The translations under genes were made by a program, and so were the position numbers. From Podarcis liolepis (Eukaryota), in NCBI GenBank assembly GCA_965112155.1, contig OZ218102.1: a stretch of 64,000 nt of DNA. One strand, written 5' to 3'. This document shows, piece after piece, positions 50,101-62,935 of the stretch (its first letter is position 1; the number at the start of each line of letters is the position of its first letter). The notes beneath the pieces were generated by a model. The model worked only from the letters and a program-made list of their open reading frames with translations. It had not been told where the DNA came from and did not search any database.

Positions 50101-53066
50101 AGACGGTACTGACTGACCCGTGGGATATCATGAGAGTCTGGCTTTTCCTCTAATCCACTTTTTACCATATACCAGCCCAATAGGCCCTGCCAAAACAAAG
50201 AAAAAGTACCATAGAGGCATGAAACTAAGACCACTTTTGCTCCTGCCAATATCATGTACATTCTCTTTCAAGGAACTAAGATCTAACAACACTCCAAGCA
50301 CCATGATCTGAAGCTTCTGCTGGGCTTCTGTGCACCAGAGACCTAAGATCACATACAAATCAGCTCCTGGAGCGTGCAAAGGATCAATGCCTTTCATGTT
50401 CTATCTCAGTTATCTTGGGCAGAGTAATTTAATGATTCATTTAACAATTTCAAGGTCCCAGTGATCTTTCCCACCTGGAAGCAGACAAGTCCACAGAGGG
50501 CAACGACACGACCCTTCAGGGACCGGTTGAGGTAACCCTTCCTCCAGAAGTAAGCTGCGGGAAGGATGTAAGCCAGTCCAACAAGCCGTCCCCACATTCG
50601 GTGTGAATACTCCATGTACCAGATGAATTTGAACTCTGTCAGCGTCATGTTGTGGTTCAGGCTGTTAGATTCAGAAAGAAGGTTTATAAAACAACAACAA
50701 ACCCTGCAGTAAGGTGTAGTTGCCCATTCCCCTCTTTCCATGGCAAGTTCTATCAAGAAGTAGCATTCAAGATACTCTTTTTTTCTCATTTCCCTTTTGC
50801 TGGGATAGTAGAATAGGCTCTCCCCCCCCCCATTTAATTTTAGTCTCTAGGAACTTTAGCTCAACCCATGCATACATTTTAAATTCTGGGAATTGCTGGT
50901 AGTTTTGGAATTCTGCTTCCCACTCCTGCTGTGTCCGAGGAGGCTTCATCTCCCGCACAAGATGCCAGTCAACCATTGAAAGCCCAGACTCTGTCAGCCT
51001 GAGAAGGAAAGAACAGCAATGACACACCATTGAGGGAAGATGCTATCAATGTGGGATATAATGGTGTGTGCATGTGTATCCATCTATCTAGAAAAGCAGA
51101 ATGAAGCCACAATGGGAAAATTCAGACACAAATGCAGATGCAAAGTCTGACTACACACAAACATACCGGTGATCAATTAGATGCAAATATATATGTAATC
51201 ACACCTTTTAAATTCTGAAATAGTCTAAATTAACTACCATACCTCAAAAGGTTGTTATGACTGTAAGTACAAAAAGTATTTATTTGTTACCCTTTAATCC
51301 CACCTTTCTTTTACTGCCTGCATTGTTTATCTACAATGCATTTAGAAAATAAGGGTAGACACAGGCATTCAAAGGGCAGAGAGATACCAGAAGTTAGTTT
51401 AGGCCCACACACTGGCATGACCAAGAGGAAGCAATGCCCCTAGGAAGATCTCTGCTGGTTGCAGAAAGATACAATCTATGACAGTTGGAGAACCATAGTG
51501 TCAAGGGTAAATAAAATATAGTAAAGGCTTGAAGAGGAGGTGCTAATTTTCCTTACCTAGTGACACCACCCAACACCACAGCTCCGGCCACAGTACCACT
51601 GCATATTAGAAGCCAGCGCCCTACAGCCCGGTTGGTCACAGCATTGGGGACAGGTGGTACCACCACTCTGGGATGGGAAGCAACTTCTGACACTACACTG
51701 TGTTGTGACCGTCTCTGTGGGAGCTGCCACCACCGTTGACATTGCTGAGGACAGAGAAGGTAGTGAGGAGGCTGTTTATAATTATGCCACCCCACTAAAC
51801 ATACATTTGCAATTCATGACATGGAAGAGGAGCATTACTCAAGATGTATGAACTCTCTTTGCTGTAAAGAGTTCACACCTGTGTTCACTACATCAGAAAG
51901 GTTGTATTAAGTGCCAGACATTATTCTACAAAATACAAGGACAAGGATAAAGGACCAGATCATCAATGGTGCAAGCACAAAAAAACTGGACAACAGGAAT
52001 GTCAACAGCTATTCACTGAGATGCTCAGCAAAACTTATTTTTATTTTCAATATGTTCTTAAGCGTCCTGCTTGTGGAATCTTCAGAAGCACTTGGCTGGC
52101 CACCATTAGCAAAAAGAGGTTGAACTCCAGGGACTCTTAAGTGTGATCCAGTAGGGTTTTCATATGTTATTTAAATGCTGAAAGCATATGGAGGGGAAAG
52201 TGTTCATGTTTTTACAGGGCCTGTGACCATTTAATAAAATGTGATGTTATATTCATAATTGTTATTTTATTTGTTTAAAACATGTATACACTACTCTGTC
52301 ATCTAGGTGGGACCAGAGTAGTTCACGGTATGGAACCTTTTTTAAAAAAAATCCTATACTAAAATACTTAAAACTATGAAGCATTACACCTATTGTTAAA
52401 ATTAGAGAGAGACTTACGCATTTAACTGGTGCACATTTAGCTATATGTGCTTGGCAAATTAAAACATAATTAAAAAGAGGACAAGCGTCCAGGGAAAAAG
52501 ACTTTGGCAATCCCACCTACCATTGAACCTAATGTGTTTTGATGATATGTGAATTTTGATTTAGGCATGATTCCTGGAATGTAACCCCGCATAGGTTGAG
52601 GGCTTGCTGTGGTTATACAAGTGAAATATTTTGGCAGTCACCGAAACTCCTAGTCTTCAGTCTGCCCCCTTTAACGTGTCTGGTTGTGACAGGTGCAGGC
52701 AATAGTCTGTAGTTTTTTTTTAATATCCCCCCATAATTAGAGGTCCCCACGTGAAAATGAGGTAGCATTGATTAGCACCTCCCACAGTGCAAAGGATGCA
52801 CAAGGGCGGAAACTCCTGGCATTTTCCCCAGCAGCGTGTCTTAGCGAGGGTGATAGCAGGTACTCAGCCTGCTCGCAAGGCTAAGAAACGAGGAGCCGCC
52901 GGGGGTGGCTTCGTTTTGCAACCCTCGGCCGATAAAGAGGCATCTTTGACCCGGTCCCCGTTGCTATGGAAACCAAGCGCCGCCCCTGGAGTACCTGGCC
53001 GGGGGACCCCGTTCCTCGTGGGGCCAGCAACAGCCGAGACCCTCTTAGTGCCGCCCGCAAGAGCAT
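47176..53066 (-). CDS. COX15: Heme A synthase / cytochrome c oxidase assembly protein COX15 (406 aa, 9 exons)
   Basis: Exons 53066-52995, 51744-51557, 50998-50876, 50661-50475, 50186-50019, 48975-48894, 48605-48451, 47992-47879, 47307-47176; 1221 nt in frame. Motifs [41 protein letters not shown] and ATHQSGS. The Arg-rich N-terminus looks like a mitochondrial presequence. Confidence 0.95.
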
Positions 53067-53325
53067 CGCTCCTCAAGCTGCAACCCGGAAGCGACTCGCT
53101 CTTGACACGGAAAGGAATCCGAGCTATTTCCGGAAACGCCGCGACCGCGCACTCGGTGACCGCGACGCCACGTGACAGGTAGGACGGCGCCTCCTCTTGC
53201 GTGTGCGCCGCCGCCGCGCGGGAGCCGAGGCCCCAGGGGTGGGCGGGGCTTCCTCCTCAGCCCAGGGCTGGTTTGGCGCAGAACTGCCGACATCCGCCGC
53301 GCCTCCGGAGCGGCCCCGAGGCGGA
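53067..53325. promoter_or_regulatory. Bidirectional CpG-island promoter COX15 / CUTC
   Basis: The two ATGs are about 260 bp apart, head-to-head. ETS CCGGAAG 53085-53091, palindrome TTTCCGGAAA 53127-53136, E-box CACGTGAC 53169-53176, GC box. Confidence 0.8.
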
Positions 53326-56300
53326 ATGAGGAGATGGGACCGGAAGCAGGGCCTGGCAGAAGGGTGTGAGGGTGAGTGGGCGGAGGGACGGCCGGAAGGA
53401 AGCGCCGGGAATCCCGAGGCCGGGGCCGGAAATCCGGGCGGCTTCAAGGCCTCCCTTTCCCCCTCCACAGATGCAAGAGGAGCCAGAAATTATAATACTG
53501 TTGTTCGGGGGGGGGGGGGTTGCCCTGTGCACAGTCACGGCCGCTATGTGCATTCAGCAAAACCAAGTGGGATAGATTTTATTGGCATTTTTACATATCA
53601 GGCCTTTGTGTTTAAAACGTAAAACCCAATTGAGTCCAAAGGGGTCCTTATTCTCAGGTGAGCGTCTGCAGGGTTGTAGCTGTAGGCCTGAGGACTGCAA
53701 TCTTGCCTGCACTCAGTGGGGCTTGCTTGCTTGTTTGCGTATTTATTTATTTAATTTCTATATTTTTAAGGGGGGAGTTGAAGCGCTTTACAAGCTACAT
53801 TGAAGCATCAATTAAAGCAATCCTGAATAAAACATAACGGAATAAAAACAAATATAAAGTGTACTTTCAAAGCGACAGAGTTAATAGGAAACTAAAACAT
53901 TACCTTAAAAGATTTCAAAACAAAGCATAACAAAGGATGTCAACTACAGAATGCACATTTAATGCACTATGTTACTGGCCAAAGTTCCATCTGTTGTTGG
54001 AGTTTCTAGAGTAAGTTCTACATTTGCCTAAGGGAGACTCTGCAAGTTACAGGCTGGCCTTGCTGTCAGCTGTTCCCACGCATCTCAACTTCATCTTCCT
54101 GCTGGAGAACCTGAATCCTCTGAAATATATGGAGAAAGGTGGAAGGGAAGTCAGCCCTACTCAATTTAGTATTCTGAAAGGAGGAAAAATCTGGATCACT
54201 AGCACAGACTTTTTATTCAGAATGTAGAACGCTACTTTAAAGTGAGTCAGACCATAGAGCCATCTAGTTCAGTATTGCTTGCACTGACTTGACAGCAGTT
54301 CTCCAGGGTTTCAAATGGAACAACCTAGCCCTACTTGGACTTACTGGGAAATGAACCCGCGGCCTTCTGAATACAAGGCACTACCGCTGAGCTGTGACAT
54401 ATCCTTGAATCCTCCAAATTGGAGCCCCCCCTTCAAACCCTTATTCCACTTTAGATTTGTGCTAATCTGCAGAAATCAAGGTTCAAGAGTCTCTTTTAAT
54501 GATGCTGTTACATTAAGGACCACCTACTGAATAAACTTGCCAGTGTATTAATTTCTCCTGTGCCCCTTTAAGTAATTTCTCCTGTGCCCCTGTAAGTAAT
54601 GAAGCTGATGAAGAGTTGGGATAGCGGAGGTTTATAATTCTCTCCATTGGAAGGTTCACCTAGTGTTGATTTTTTTCCTTTTTTCTTTTTTTTATTTTGG
54701 TGCCAGATAAACATTTTTTAATTGCACAGGTCTTTTAAAATATTTTAGAATTTTCAGGTTTTTAGTCTGGTGATTTTTGTATGTGCCACTTTCACAGTTG
54801 CTTTTTTGTTAATTATTTGGTATTCTATGTTTATTATTTAATTTTGTATACTACTCTGGGAGACCAGGCTGAAAAGTGACTTATTTGGTAATAAATAAAC
54901 AAACATATAGATAGACAGACAGACAGATCTGTTCAGACAGTGCAACACAGAGGACAAGATCCAGGGAGAGCAAGAAGGCAAGGGGATCAGGAGTTACAGC
55001 AAAAGTAGTGTTCAACTTCCCATGTGTTTTTTCTGTACCTGTTTTGAGCTGATACAGATCAAGCTTGATTTCTTCTTTAAATTCACATGGTGATACAAGT
55101 TTTCTGTTCTTATTGTGTGTTCCCTTTAAAGCAGCTACTGACAGGTTAAGGCTTTTTAAGGTTACTGGTGATGGGGAATCTATGAAGCTTCTGTTTCTGA
55201 GAGCTGTGGATGTGCTTGGGTGAGCAAGATGAAAGAAGCCAGTTAAAAGACAAAGCACTGGAGCTTGAGGTGGAAGGAATCGCCTCTCTCAATCACTGTC
55301 TGTCCCTTTTCTCTGAGACAGAGCCTGATTGCCCCATAACCTCTGGTTGTGTTTCTCTTCTAGGAATGGCCAATGGCTTTCTCATGGAAGTATGTGTTGA
55401 TTCTGTGGAGTCTGCTGTGAATGCAGAGAGAGGAGGTAATCCCATAAAAAAGATGGAAGATGAAAATACTTAAGGATCATTGAGGGGTCTTTCTAGGCCA
55501 GGACACCTCTGGGTACACATGCTATATGTATTGAAAAGAGAGGCACACTTACTTCCCCAAGCGATGTGAAACTGTTTTATGAATCCTTTTAGGCTTGAAA
55601 GGTAGGATATTAAATGTTATAAACTGGTCAATAAGTAAAGACTTCCAAAGTTCTGATCTAGGTTAGTGACACATAGATTCAGGATATGCATTTATATATT
55701 TTAATTGCCTGCAACCCAATTACTCTAGCCTTTGAGAGTAGGGCAAACTGCAAATTTAAATGAATAAATGTCAACTTGTCTTCAGCTGCCTTAACTACTT
55801 AAGTGGTCCTGCTCTGTTTTGCTGCAGTGCATTATAAAACATGGGCTGAGATACTCAAATCGTCTATTAATTGATTTTCTTTCTTAGTTACTGCATGAGT
55901 AGGGGTTGAAGTCTATGTGGATAAGCTAAATACAGGTGACCAATCTCACTCTTGGCTCGAAAATTTCCAGCACTCCTACCCATTGGTTTATTTTATTTAT
56001 TACTTAAATTTGTTAGTTGCTACTTACAAACAAACAGCACCCCCATACCTTAACATACCCAACATAGATACATTAAAACCAAGGGGAGGAGGGAGGGAAT
56101 ACTTAAAAAAACATCCCACCCACTTCTAAATGGCCGCAGATAGTTAAAGGCCAAAGGCCTGCTTATAGAGGAAGGTTTTTGCCTAGCAGCTAAAGACATA
56201 TAATGATGGAGCTGGGTGAACTTCCCTTGTTGGATTATAGCAAGGACCACATGGTTTCTTCATAATGCAGATCTCTGTTAAAATCTTGCAAACCACTTAT

Positions 56301-59300
56301 ATTCAGAGGTTTAATGTGTGACCCTGTTGCAGGTGCTGGCCGCCTTGAACTGTGTGCCAACCTCATGGAAGGAGGAACAACACCTACTATAGGTGAGTTG
56401 GCACATACAAGCAAGATCCAATCCACCATTTCACTGCAAGATGTAGCAGTACTGAGCAGCCAAGCAATGTGGAGAAATGTTTGGACCTCTGCCCTCCAGG
56501 CCCTCTACTCCTGGAACAGAAAGAAAATACCTGTTGTTCTGCTTGCTCTTTTTGTGTTCTTCTGTGTCATCAGCACCTCCTGGTCTTTTTGCAAGACAGG
56601 CTGTTATTTAATCACCCTATTTCACCTTCCCTCCTTCAGCAGCCCCTTCTCCCAAATTCTGCAGAAAGGGTTTGACATCTGCCCTGTTCTCTTCTCCCTT
56701 GCTTCTCTTAGACCCAGTGCTGATGGTCTAGCTCTGGGATGGGGAACGTGTGGCTCTCCAGATGTTGTTGGACTCCAACTCGCCTCAGCCTAAACGGTCA
56801 GTGGTCAGTTGATTGGAGCTGTAGTTCACCAACATCTGGAGGGCATCTTGTTGCCTACTCCAGACATAGGCAGAACTGACCTAGATGGCTCAGTGGTCTC
56901 CCTTTGTATGAGGCATCTTGCTATGTTCCTAAGTTCCTCCGTACCATGTTCTAGGTTTCACTTCTTGTCCAACTCATAGAACAATCCAGTACAAAACTGA
57001 CACCATGTCCCAAACATGTTTGCCTGCAGGCCTTTTGCAAGTGGTGAAGCAGTGTATAAGGGTGCCTGTATTTGTGATGATCCGCCCCCGTGGGGGGGAT
57101 TTCCTCTATTCTGACCGAGAAGTGGAGGTGATGAAAGCAGACATCCGACTTGCCAAACAACATGGGGCTGATGGGTTGGTGTTTGGAGCCTTGACTGAGG
57201 ATGGACGTGTGGATACAGAGCTCTGCACAGCACTGCTGGGTGAGCAGGCTTTACTTTTCAATGGGCTTATTTGGTACTTGAGTAGTGATTGTCATACAGT
57301 GCCACCAGCTAATAATTCCATGGTTCAAATTAAGAAATATTTCCTACAGGCAAGATCCACGAGATACTAGAGCCTGCCTCACTATATTGAGCTATTCATT
57401 CATTTACAGTATAAGAGAACATCTAGTCCACCCTTCATCATGTGATCCCAGGGTGGGTTACAGTTGAATAAAAACAATGCAGCACAATTTATAAAAACAT
57501 ATATAAATGGAGCTTATTAGGGGGGAAACGGCCATGGTGCTACAGTCTCTTCAGTTGCAGAAGTGACGGAACTTCTGACTCCTCACTCCAAAAAAAAGAG
57601 GCTGGGGAAATATTGAAGTTTCACCTGATGCCAAAATGACAACAGCGCTTTAGCACCAGTCGTGCTCCTAGGGCAGTCTACATCAAGCTGGTATCCTCCA
57701 GATGTTTGGGGCTATAACTCCCATTAGCCCCAGCTAATTTGACAAAGGCTGCTCTAGAGGGAGGACATTCCATAGGTCATTCCATAAATGAATGAATTAT
57801 TCAGATAAAGCAGGAGCCAAATGCTGTAATGGTTGGGATGAGTGACCTTTGTTTGTAAGAAGGGGCACTGTGCAGCTCTGATGGAGAGAGTGTTAGGCAG
57901 CCATAAATTCTGTACAGAAGGGAGAATTATCCAGAAGAATAGGAAACTTTTTTGAAAGAATGATAACACTATGGTTTTTCTGGACCCTCAAAAATGCAAA
58001 GAAAATAATTACTAGCTATTTTCTCTATTTAACTGAAACTGACAGTATATCTTCTGAAGAAGAATTAGTCTTTTTAAAATAAATTTTTATTAAGGTTTCA
58101 CAGATTTTTTAAGACAAACACAACAAAGCAAACAACACACAAAAACAAATAACAAGCATAACTTCAAATCCTTATTTTCATATAACTTACTTCCCCGACT
58201 TCCCCATACCTCCCCTTTCTGCATTCCAGTTTCAAATTTTGGTTCAGCAAATCCTTACTCTTAATTTTATCTAATTTATAACCTTTTTCTTTTAACTTAA
58301 TCCTTACAGCTGTGAACCACTTGATTTTTAAAACTGAAGAAGAATTAGTCTTGCTAGGGGAAGCCTGTCCTCTCCCTGCATGCCCCCCAAAATTGGCTCT
58401 AGCTAGGTGAAGTCTATGGGACGCGGGTGGCACTGTGGGTAAAACCTCAGCGCCTAGGACTTGCCGATCGTCAGGTCGGTGGTTCGAATCCCCGCGGCGG
58501 GGTGCGCTCCCGTTGCTCGGTCCCAGCGCCTGCCAACCTAGCAGTTTGAAAGCACCCCCGGGTGCAAGTAGATAAATAGGGACCCCTTACTAGCGGGAAG
58601 GTAAACGGCGTTTCCGTGTGCTGCGCCGGCTCACCAGATGCAGCTTGTCACGCTGGCCACGTGACCCGGAAGTGTCTCCAGACAGCGCTGGCCCCCGGCC
58701 TCTTAAGCGAGATGGGCACGCAACCCCAGAGTCGGACACGACTGGCCCATACAGGCAGGGGTACCTTTACCTTTACCTTTAGGTGAAGCGTGTCCTCTTC
58801 CTGCATGTCCCCCGCCCCCCCCAGAACAGCACACAGAAGGAGGAAAGGTGGGGAAAGTTCTGTGAGGCAAGCTGAAATACAGCAGCTAAACTATTTTAAC
58901 CAGAAGCCAGTATCCATTCACTCCATGGTTCATTATTCCACAGGCTACCTAGGGAAACGAGTGGATACATCTATAGTCTACACCAGAATTACTTTTTAAA
59001 ATAAGTGCATAAGCCCAACATGTGTGAGGGGTTTGATACACAAAATGTGAAAAGAAATGCCATACAAAGAGCTAGCTAGTGGGCAGTCTTAGTGGAAATG
59101 AGAAAGGATGATGAATCCATATTGCAGAAATGGTGTCAGATGACTACAGCCACCTTGGTTGAACCATCTGGAGAAGTTTCCTTTCTTTCCAGGGCCAGTA
59201 GCAGAAGCACTGCCTTCACAAAGCCAACCCCTAAGCAAAGGTATACTAACCATCTGGGATCTGTTCTTTTTGCAGCTGCTTCCCGCCCTCTGCCAGTCAC

Positions 59301-61863
59301 CTTCCACAGAGGTGAGTTTCTGCTTGCTGGTTTCCCACAGGCATCTGGTTGGCCACTGTGAGAACATGATGCTGGACTGGATAGGCCATTGGACAGGTCC
59401 AGCAGACTCTTCTTACAGAGCTTGGAGTGGGGAATGAAAGCCGGACTGCCTACTTGCAGGCTGTAGGCTCAGGCACAATGGCCTTACCTTGGTGAGGTGG
59501 GGGGACTATGAGAATGTACTCTGGGAATTGCACATATTAGGACTGCCTACCAGGGATTTGGGACTAGGCTAAAGCCTGGAATATGTCAGTAGATTTGCCT
59601 TCCAGAACATTTGGCAGTAAAGACTGACATGCTCCATTTTTCTCAGCAGCTTTTGACATGGTCTATGACCCTTTGGCAGCCTTGGAAACGCTAATATCGA
59701 TGGGCTTTGAACGGGTCCTGACTAGTGGCTGTGACAGCACTGTTCTAGAGGGGCTGCCCTTGATAAAACGACTGACAGAACAGGTGAGGTGTCATCTCTC
59801 CCAAATTTGTAACTCTACTGATACACTTTTCTTGCCTACTTAAGAGTGGGCTATCCAAGGAACTGGACAGAGTGTGGTGGGAGCAGAAAAATGCCAGCTA
59901 GCAGTCTTTCATGGTCTTCAGATGGGTGAGGGTTTTTCAATGATTAAGGGTGAAAACTGGCCTCCCCATTGAATATACAGAAACTGTGCCTTGCACCTTC
60001 TGATACAGTAGCTTCTTTCAATATTGCATTAATTCCCATAGGCTACTGCAGTAAATTAGCTCCCTTCTTCTCTGTTAAGTACACAATATGCGCATGGCAC
60101 ACCCGTATCTCACACCTGTCCAGAAGAATGCACAACAGACAAAAGACAACGCAGGAGTCGCTTAGTTATTTTAAAGTTGCTTCCAGTCTCTAACACTGGG
60201 GTGAAGTTGAAGCAGTCCTGCTGATACTGATATGGCAGCATATAGTTTCTGAAGTTCAACCATCCGAGGATGGAGGTGAAACTTGGTAGATCCTCAGTTG
60301 TTTGACTTTGCAGAGGCGAAATATACACAATGATAGACAAGTGTGGGAGCATACTTTCCTAGAGGAGCATGTAAGAAACTCAACGTGACAGTATTACTTG
60401 GAGCAAACCATTTGAAAAGCAGCATTAAAAAAAAGAAATTAAATATTGCAAATAAATACATTCTACATCTTCCTTAACAGAATATTTGTGCTACCCATTT
60501 GGTGTGTTTTCTCCTATAAGCAAGACCACTAAACCCATTTTCTCTTCCTTTTCAGGCTAAGGGCAGGATTGTTGTAGTGCCAGGTAAGACTCTGCAGTGA
60601 GTACCACTTGTTGGCATAGATTCAGAACTCTAGCACCAACCAAGCATGTTGTTAGGCAGCCACACTTGCCCAAGTGGCAAGAAGTCCAGGAACAGAGCTT
60701 TAGGGTGTAATTCCCTTTGGATGAGAGTGCACGAAAGACTTTATAATATTTATTTATTTGCAGATATAAAAACAGACAGAGCTTAGTAGAAATAGATGGA
60801 TGGCACAACTGCTGAAACTGCATTAGGTTAAAGGAATAGTGTAGATACCCACACACAACCCCTCCCTGCTTAACTTGCTGCTGTAGACTCTTTGCCTCTG
60901 TCAATCCAAATTCAATTTGCTTCTAGCTATCTGTCCCTTCCTCAAACTTATAGGTATGGCATTATGAAGGCAAAGATTTCCAGGCATCAAGGAACATTAC
61001 CTAATGTTTCCTTATCGTGTTCCTGAGTGATCACTAACTGTCAGGCAAAACAAAAGCAGTGGGCCATTCGTGCTAATCAGCAGCTAAACTGATAAGATAA
61101 TACATGATGGGCATCTGCTCCCTTCCAGAGGCATATTTAGGAGCTCTACCTGCTTCAGAGCTGCAAGTGCAGCCTGCTTTGACCCTAAAGATTAGCCTCT
61201 GGTTCAGAGCAAAGGGATTTCCCCCATCTATTTAATGACCCAGAATGTAGCTCTGTCTATTCCTGCTTAACTTTATGTTTGTGACTGAGTGATGGGTTCT
61301 CTCCACCAGGGGGAGGCATAACCGAGAGAAACCTGCAGAGAATCTTAGAAGGCTCTGGCGCCTCTGAGTTTCACTGCTCAGCGCGCTCACTCAAAGACTC
61401 AGGAATGAAGTTCAGGTAACTGAGCAAGTTTCTATCCTGACTTACTGAGGGGCCCAAGCCTTGCTTCCATCTCCCGATGCAGCTCCACCGTTTGGGGTAG
61501 TAACTTGACTAAGAACATCTGGGGCACTGGAACCTGACAGGTGCATTTAGCTGGGAGCAAGGCATTGTTGCATTAGGGATAGACTTGTGTCTGTAGTTCA
61601 TAGTTGCAGATGCAATGGGTTAAGGTAGCACCCAAAAGGCAATATGACAGCAGATTATGGCCCAGTGGGTAGGACTTAGGATGGTTCTTATTCCGGCTCT
61701 TCTAGGTCCAGGTTCCAGACAGTAACCAAAGACTTGTTGGTATTCTTTTAGAAACCCTTACATTACCATGGGGGCCTACCTCTCCACACCTGAATATTCC
61801 ATCAAGGTGGCCGATGTGGCTAAAGTGAGGACCCTGAATGCAATTGCAAAGAATATCCTGTAG
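53326..61863 (+). CDS. CUTC: Copper homeostasis protein CutC (267 aa, 9 exons)
   Basis: Exons 53326-53371 (least certain), 55364-55435, 56333-56392, 57030-57239, 59276-59311, 59650-59783, 60556-60583, 61310-61415, 61752-61863; 804 nt in frame. Motifs LMEVCVDS, RLELCANL-EGGTTP, VMIRPRGGDF, TFHRAFD, RVLTSG, PGGGI and EFHCSA. Confidence 0.94.
58073..58333 (-). mobile_element. 5'-truncated L1-type retroposon 3' end
   Basis: Flanked by a perfect 19-bp direct repeat CTGAAGAAGAATTAGTCTT (58054-58072 and 58334-58352); minus-strand AATAAA (58086-58091) and an A-rich tail. Confidence 0.7.
58418..58780 (+). mobile_element. Full-length Sauria SINE
   Basis: tRNA-like head with A box TGGCACTGTGG (58428) and B box GGTTCGAATCC (58481); 3' end GAGTCGGACACGACT with an (ACCTTT)3 tail; AGGTGAAG repeated at 58405-58412 and 58781-58788 (probable TSD). 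Confidence 0.9.
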
Positions 61864-62141
61864 AACAAGCTACTGTGGGCCAGGAAGACCCAGAGCCCTG
61901 TGACCTGCGCAATCCGTAGACTTAGACATTTCAACAGCATCCTTGCCAGCGCTTAAAGGACATGGGTCAATCAAATGAAGAAGCCTCTGCTTGTTTTTCT
62001 CCTATTCCCACTTGCTCCACAGCGTTTTTTCCTCAGATGTCGTAATGCCGTTTTGTCTGTGGGGAGCAAATGATGGGGAGGGGCTTAATTAAAGGGGCAC
62101 TCGCCATCGGGCAACACTCTCCCTGTTAAGGTCTCTTCTTA

Positions 62142-62147
62142 AATAAA
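62142..62147 (+). terminator. Probable CUTC polyadenylation signal
   Basis: AATAAA about 280 nt after the stop codon. Confidence 0.55.
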
Positions 62148-62530
62148 CCCTGAAGCCACTCCATATCACTGTGGCTCTTCTTCCTGTAGAGGCTATGGCA
62201 AGACTTTAAACTGCTCCCAAAGGAAATGGGCCGGGGGGGGGGGAGAGCACATTGGGTGTTGCAGGCTTCCTTCACCCCACCTCAGTTTGATTGGAGTGGA
62301 AGACTACCTCTTTGAAGTACATAGAGGAAAGTGGTAAAGCAATACTGCAATTGCGGGAGGAGGGATCTCTCAGAACAGGGGTTAAGAGAGTGACCACAAG
62401 GTGACCAAGCACTGCAATTCCGTACACCTGACAGCAAAAATTTCATTGTTGTCAAGTTTTGGATCCTGTCCTACAGAAGTCATTAGAGTGGGTGAAGTTT
62501 CTATGTAATTTATATTTAAAAAATTATATA

Positions 62531-62935
62531 TCACTTTTCATAAAAATGCCAGAGTGGTTTGCAACAATTACACATAAAACCATACAACGAAAACCATATT
62601 GAAAAGTTAAAATCAGCAATGAGGTAACTTTTACGGAAAGCTGTATTCTTGATTTCCTGCATGAACCTGTTAATCCTTATTGGCAGAACATTCCACAGTG
62701 CTGGACTGATGACGCTAAAGGCTTGGATGCTTATTGTCAGATTTCCACCAATTTGGGGAATGACCAACGACGCTCCTGCAAATGATCTTAGTGACTGAGC
62801 TGGGATATAAGGGTTCAGGAGGAACGAGGCCAAGGGAAGCCCCACACAGAGCACATTGCAGTAATCCAACCTCACGTTTATCAACACATGGACTACAGTA
62901 GCCAGGCTGCAAGGTTGCCATAAGGGCATCATTTT
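62531..62935 (-). mobile_element. L2-type LINE remnant (ORF2 C-terminus and 3' end)
   Basis: Minus-strand ORF contains RLDYCNVLCVGLP and AFSVISPALWNVLP, typical of L2 ORF2 C-termini. Confidence 0.7.

Noticed and set aside
54549-54596. 24-bp tandem duplication (also a 19-bp one at 27100-27137) as a CRISPR-like or functional array
   Set aside because: Two adjacent copies without spacers; ordinary slippage in a eukaryotic intron.
58418-58500. tRNA gene
   Set aside because: The A/B boxes belong to the SINE head; there is no cloverleaf or T-run terminator.
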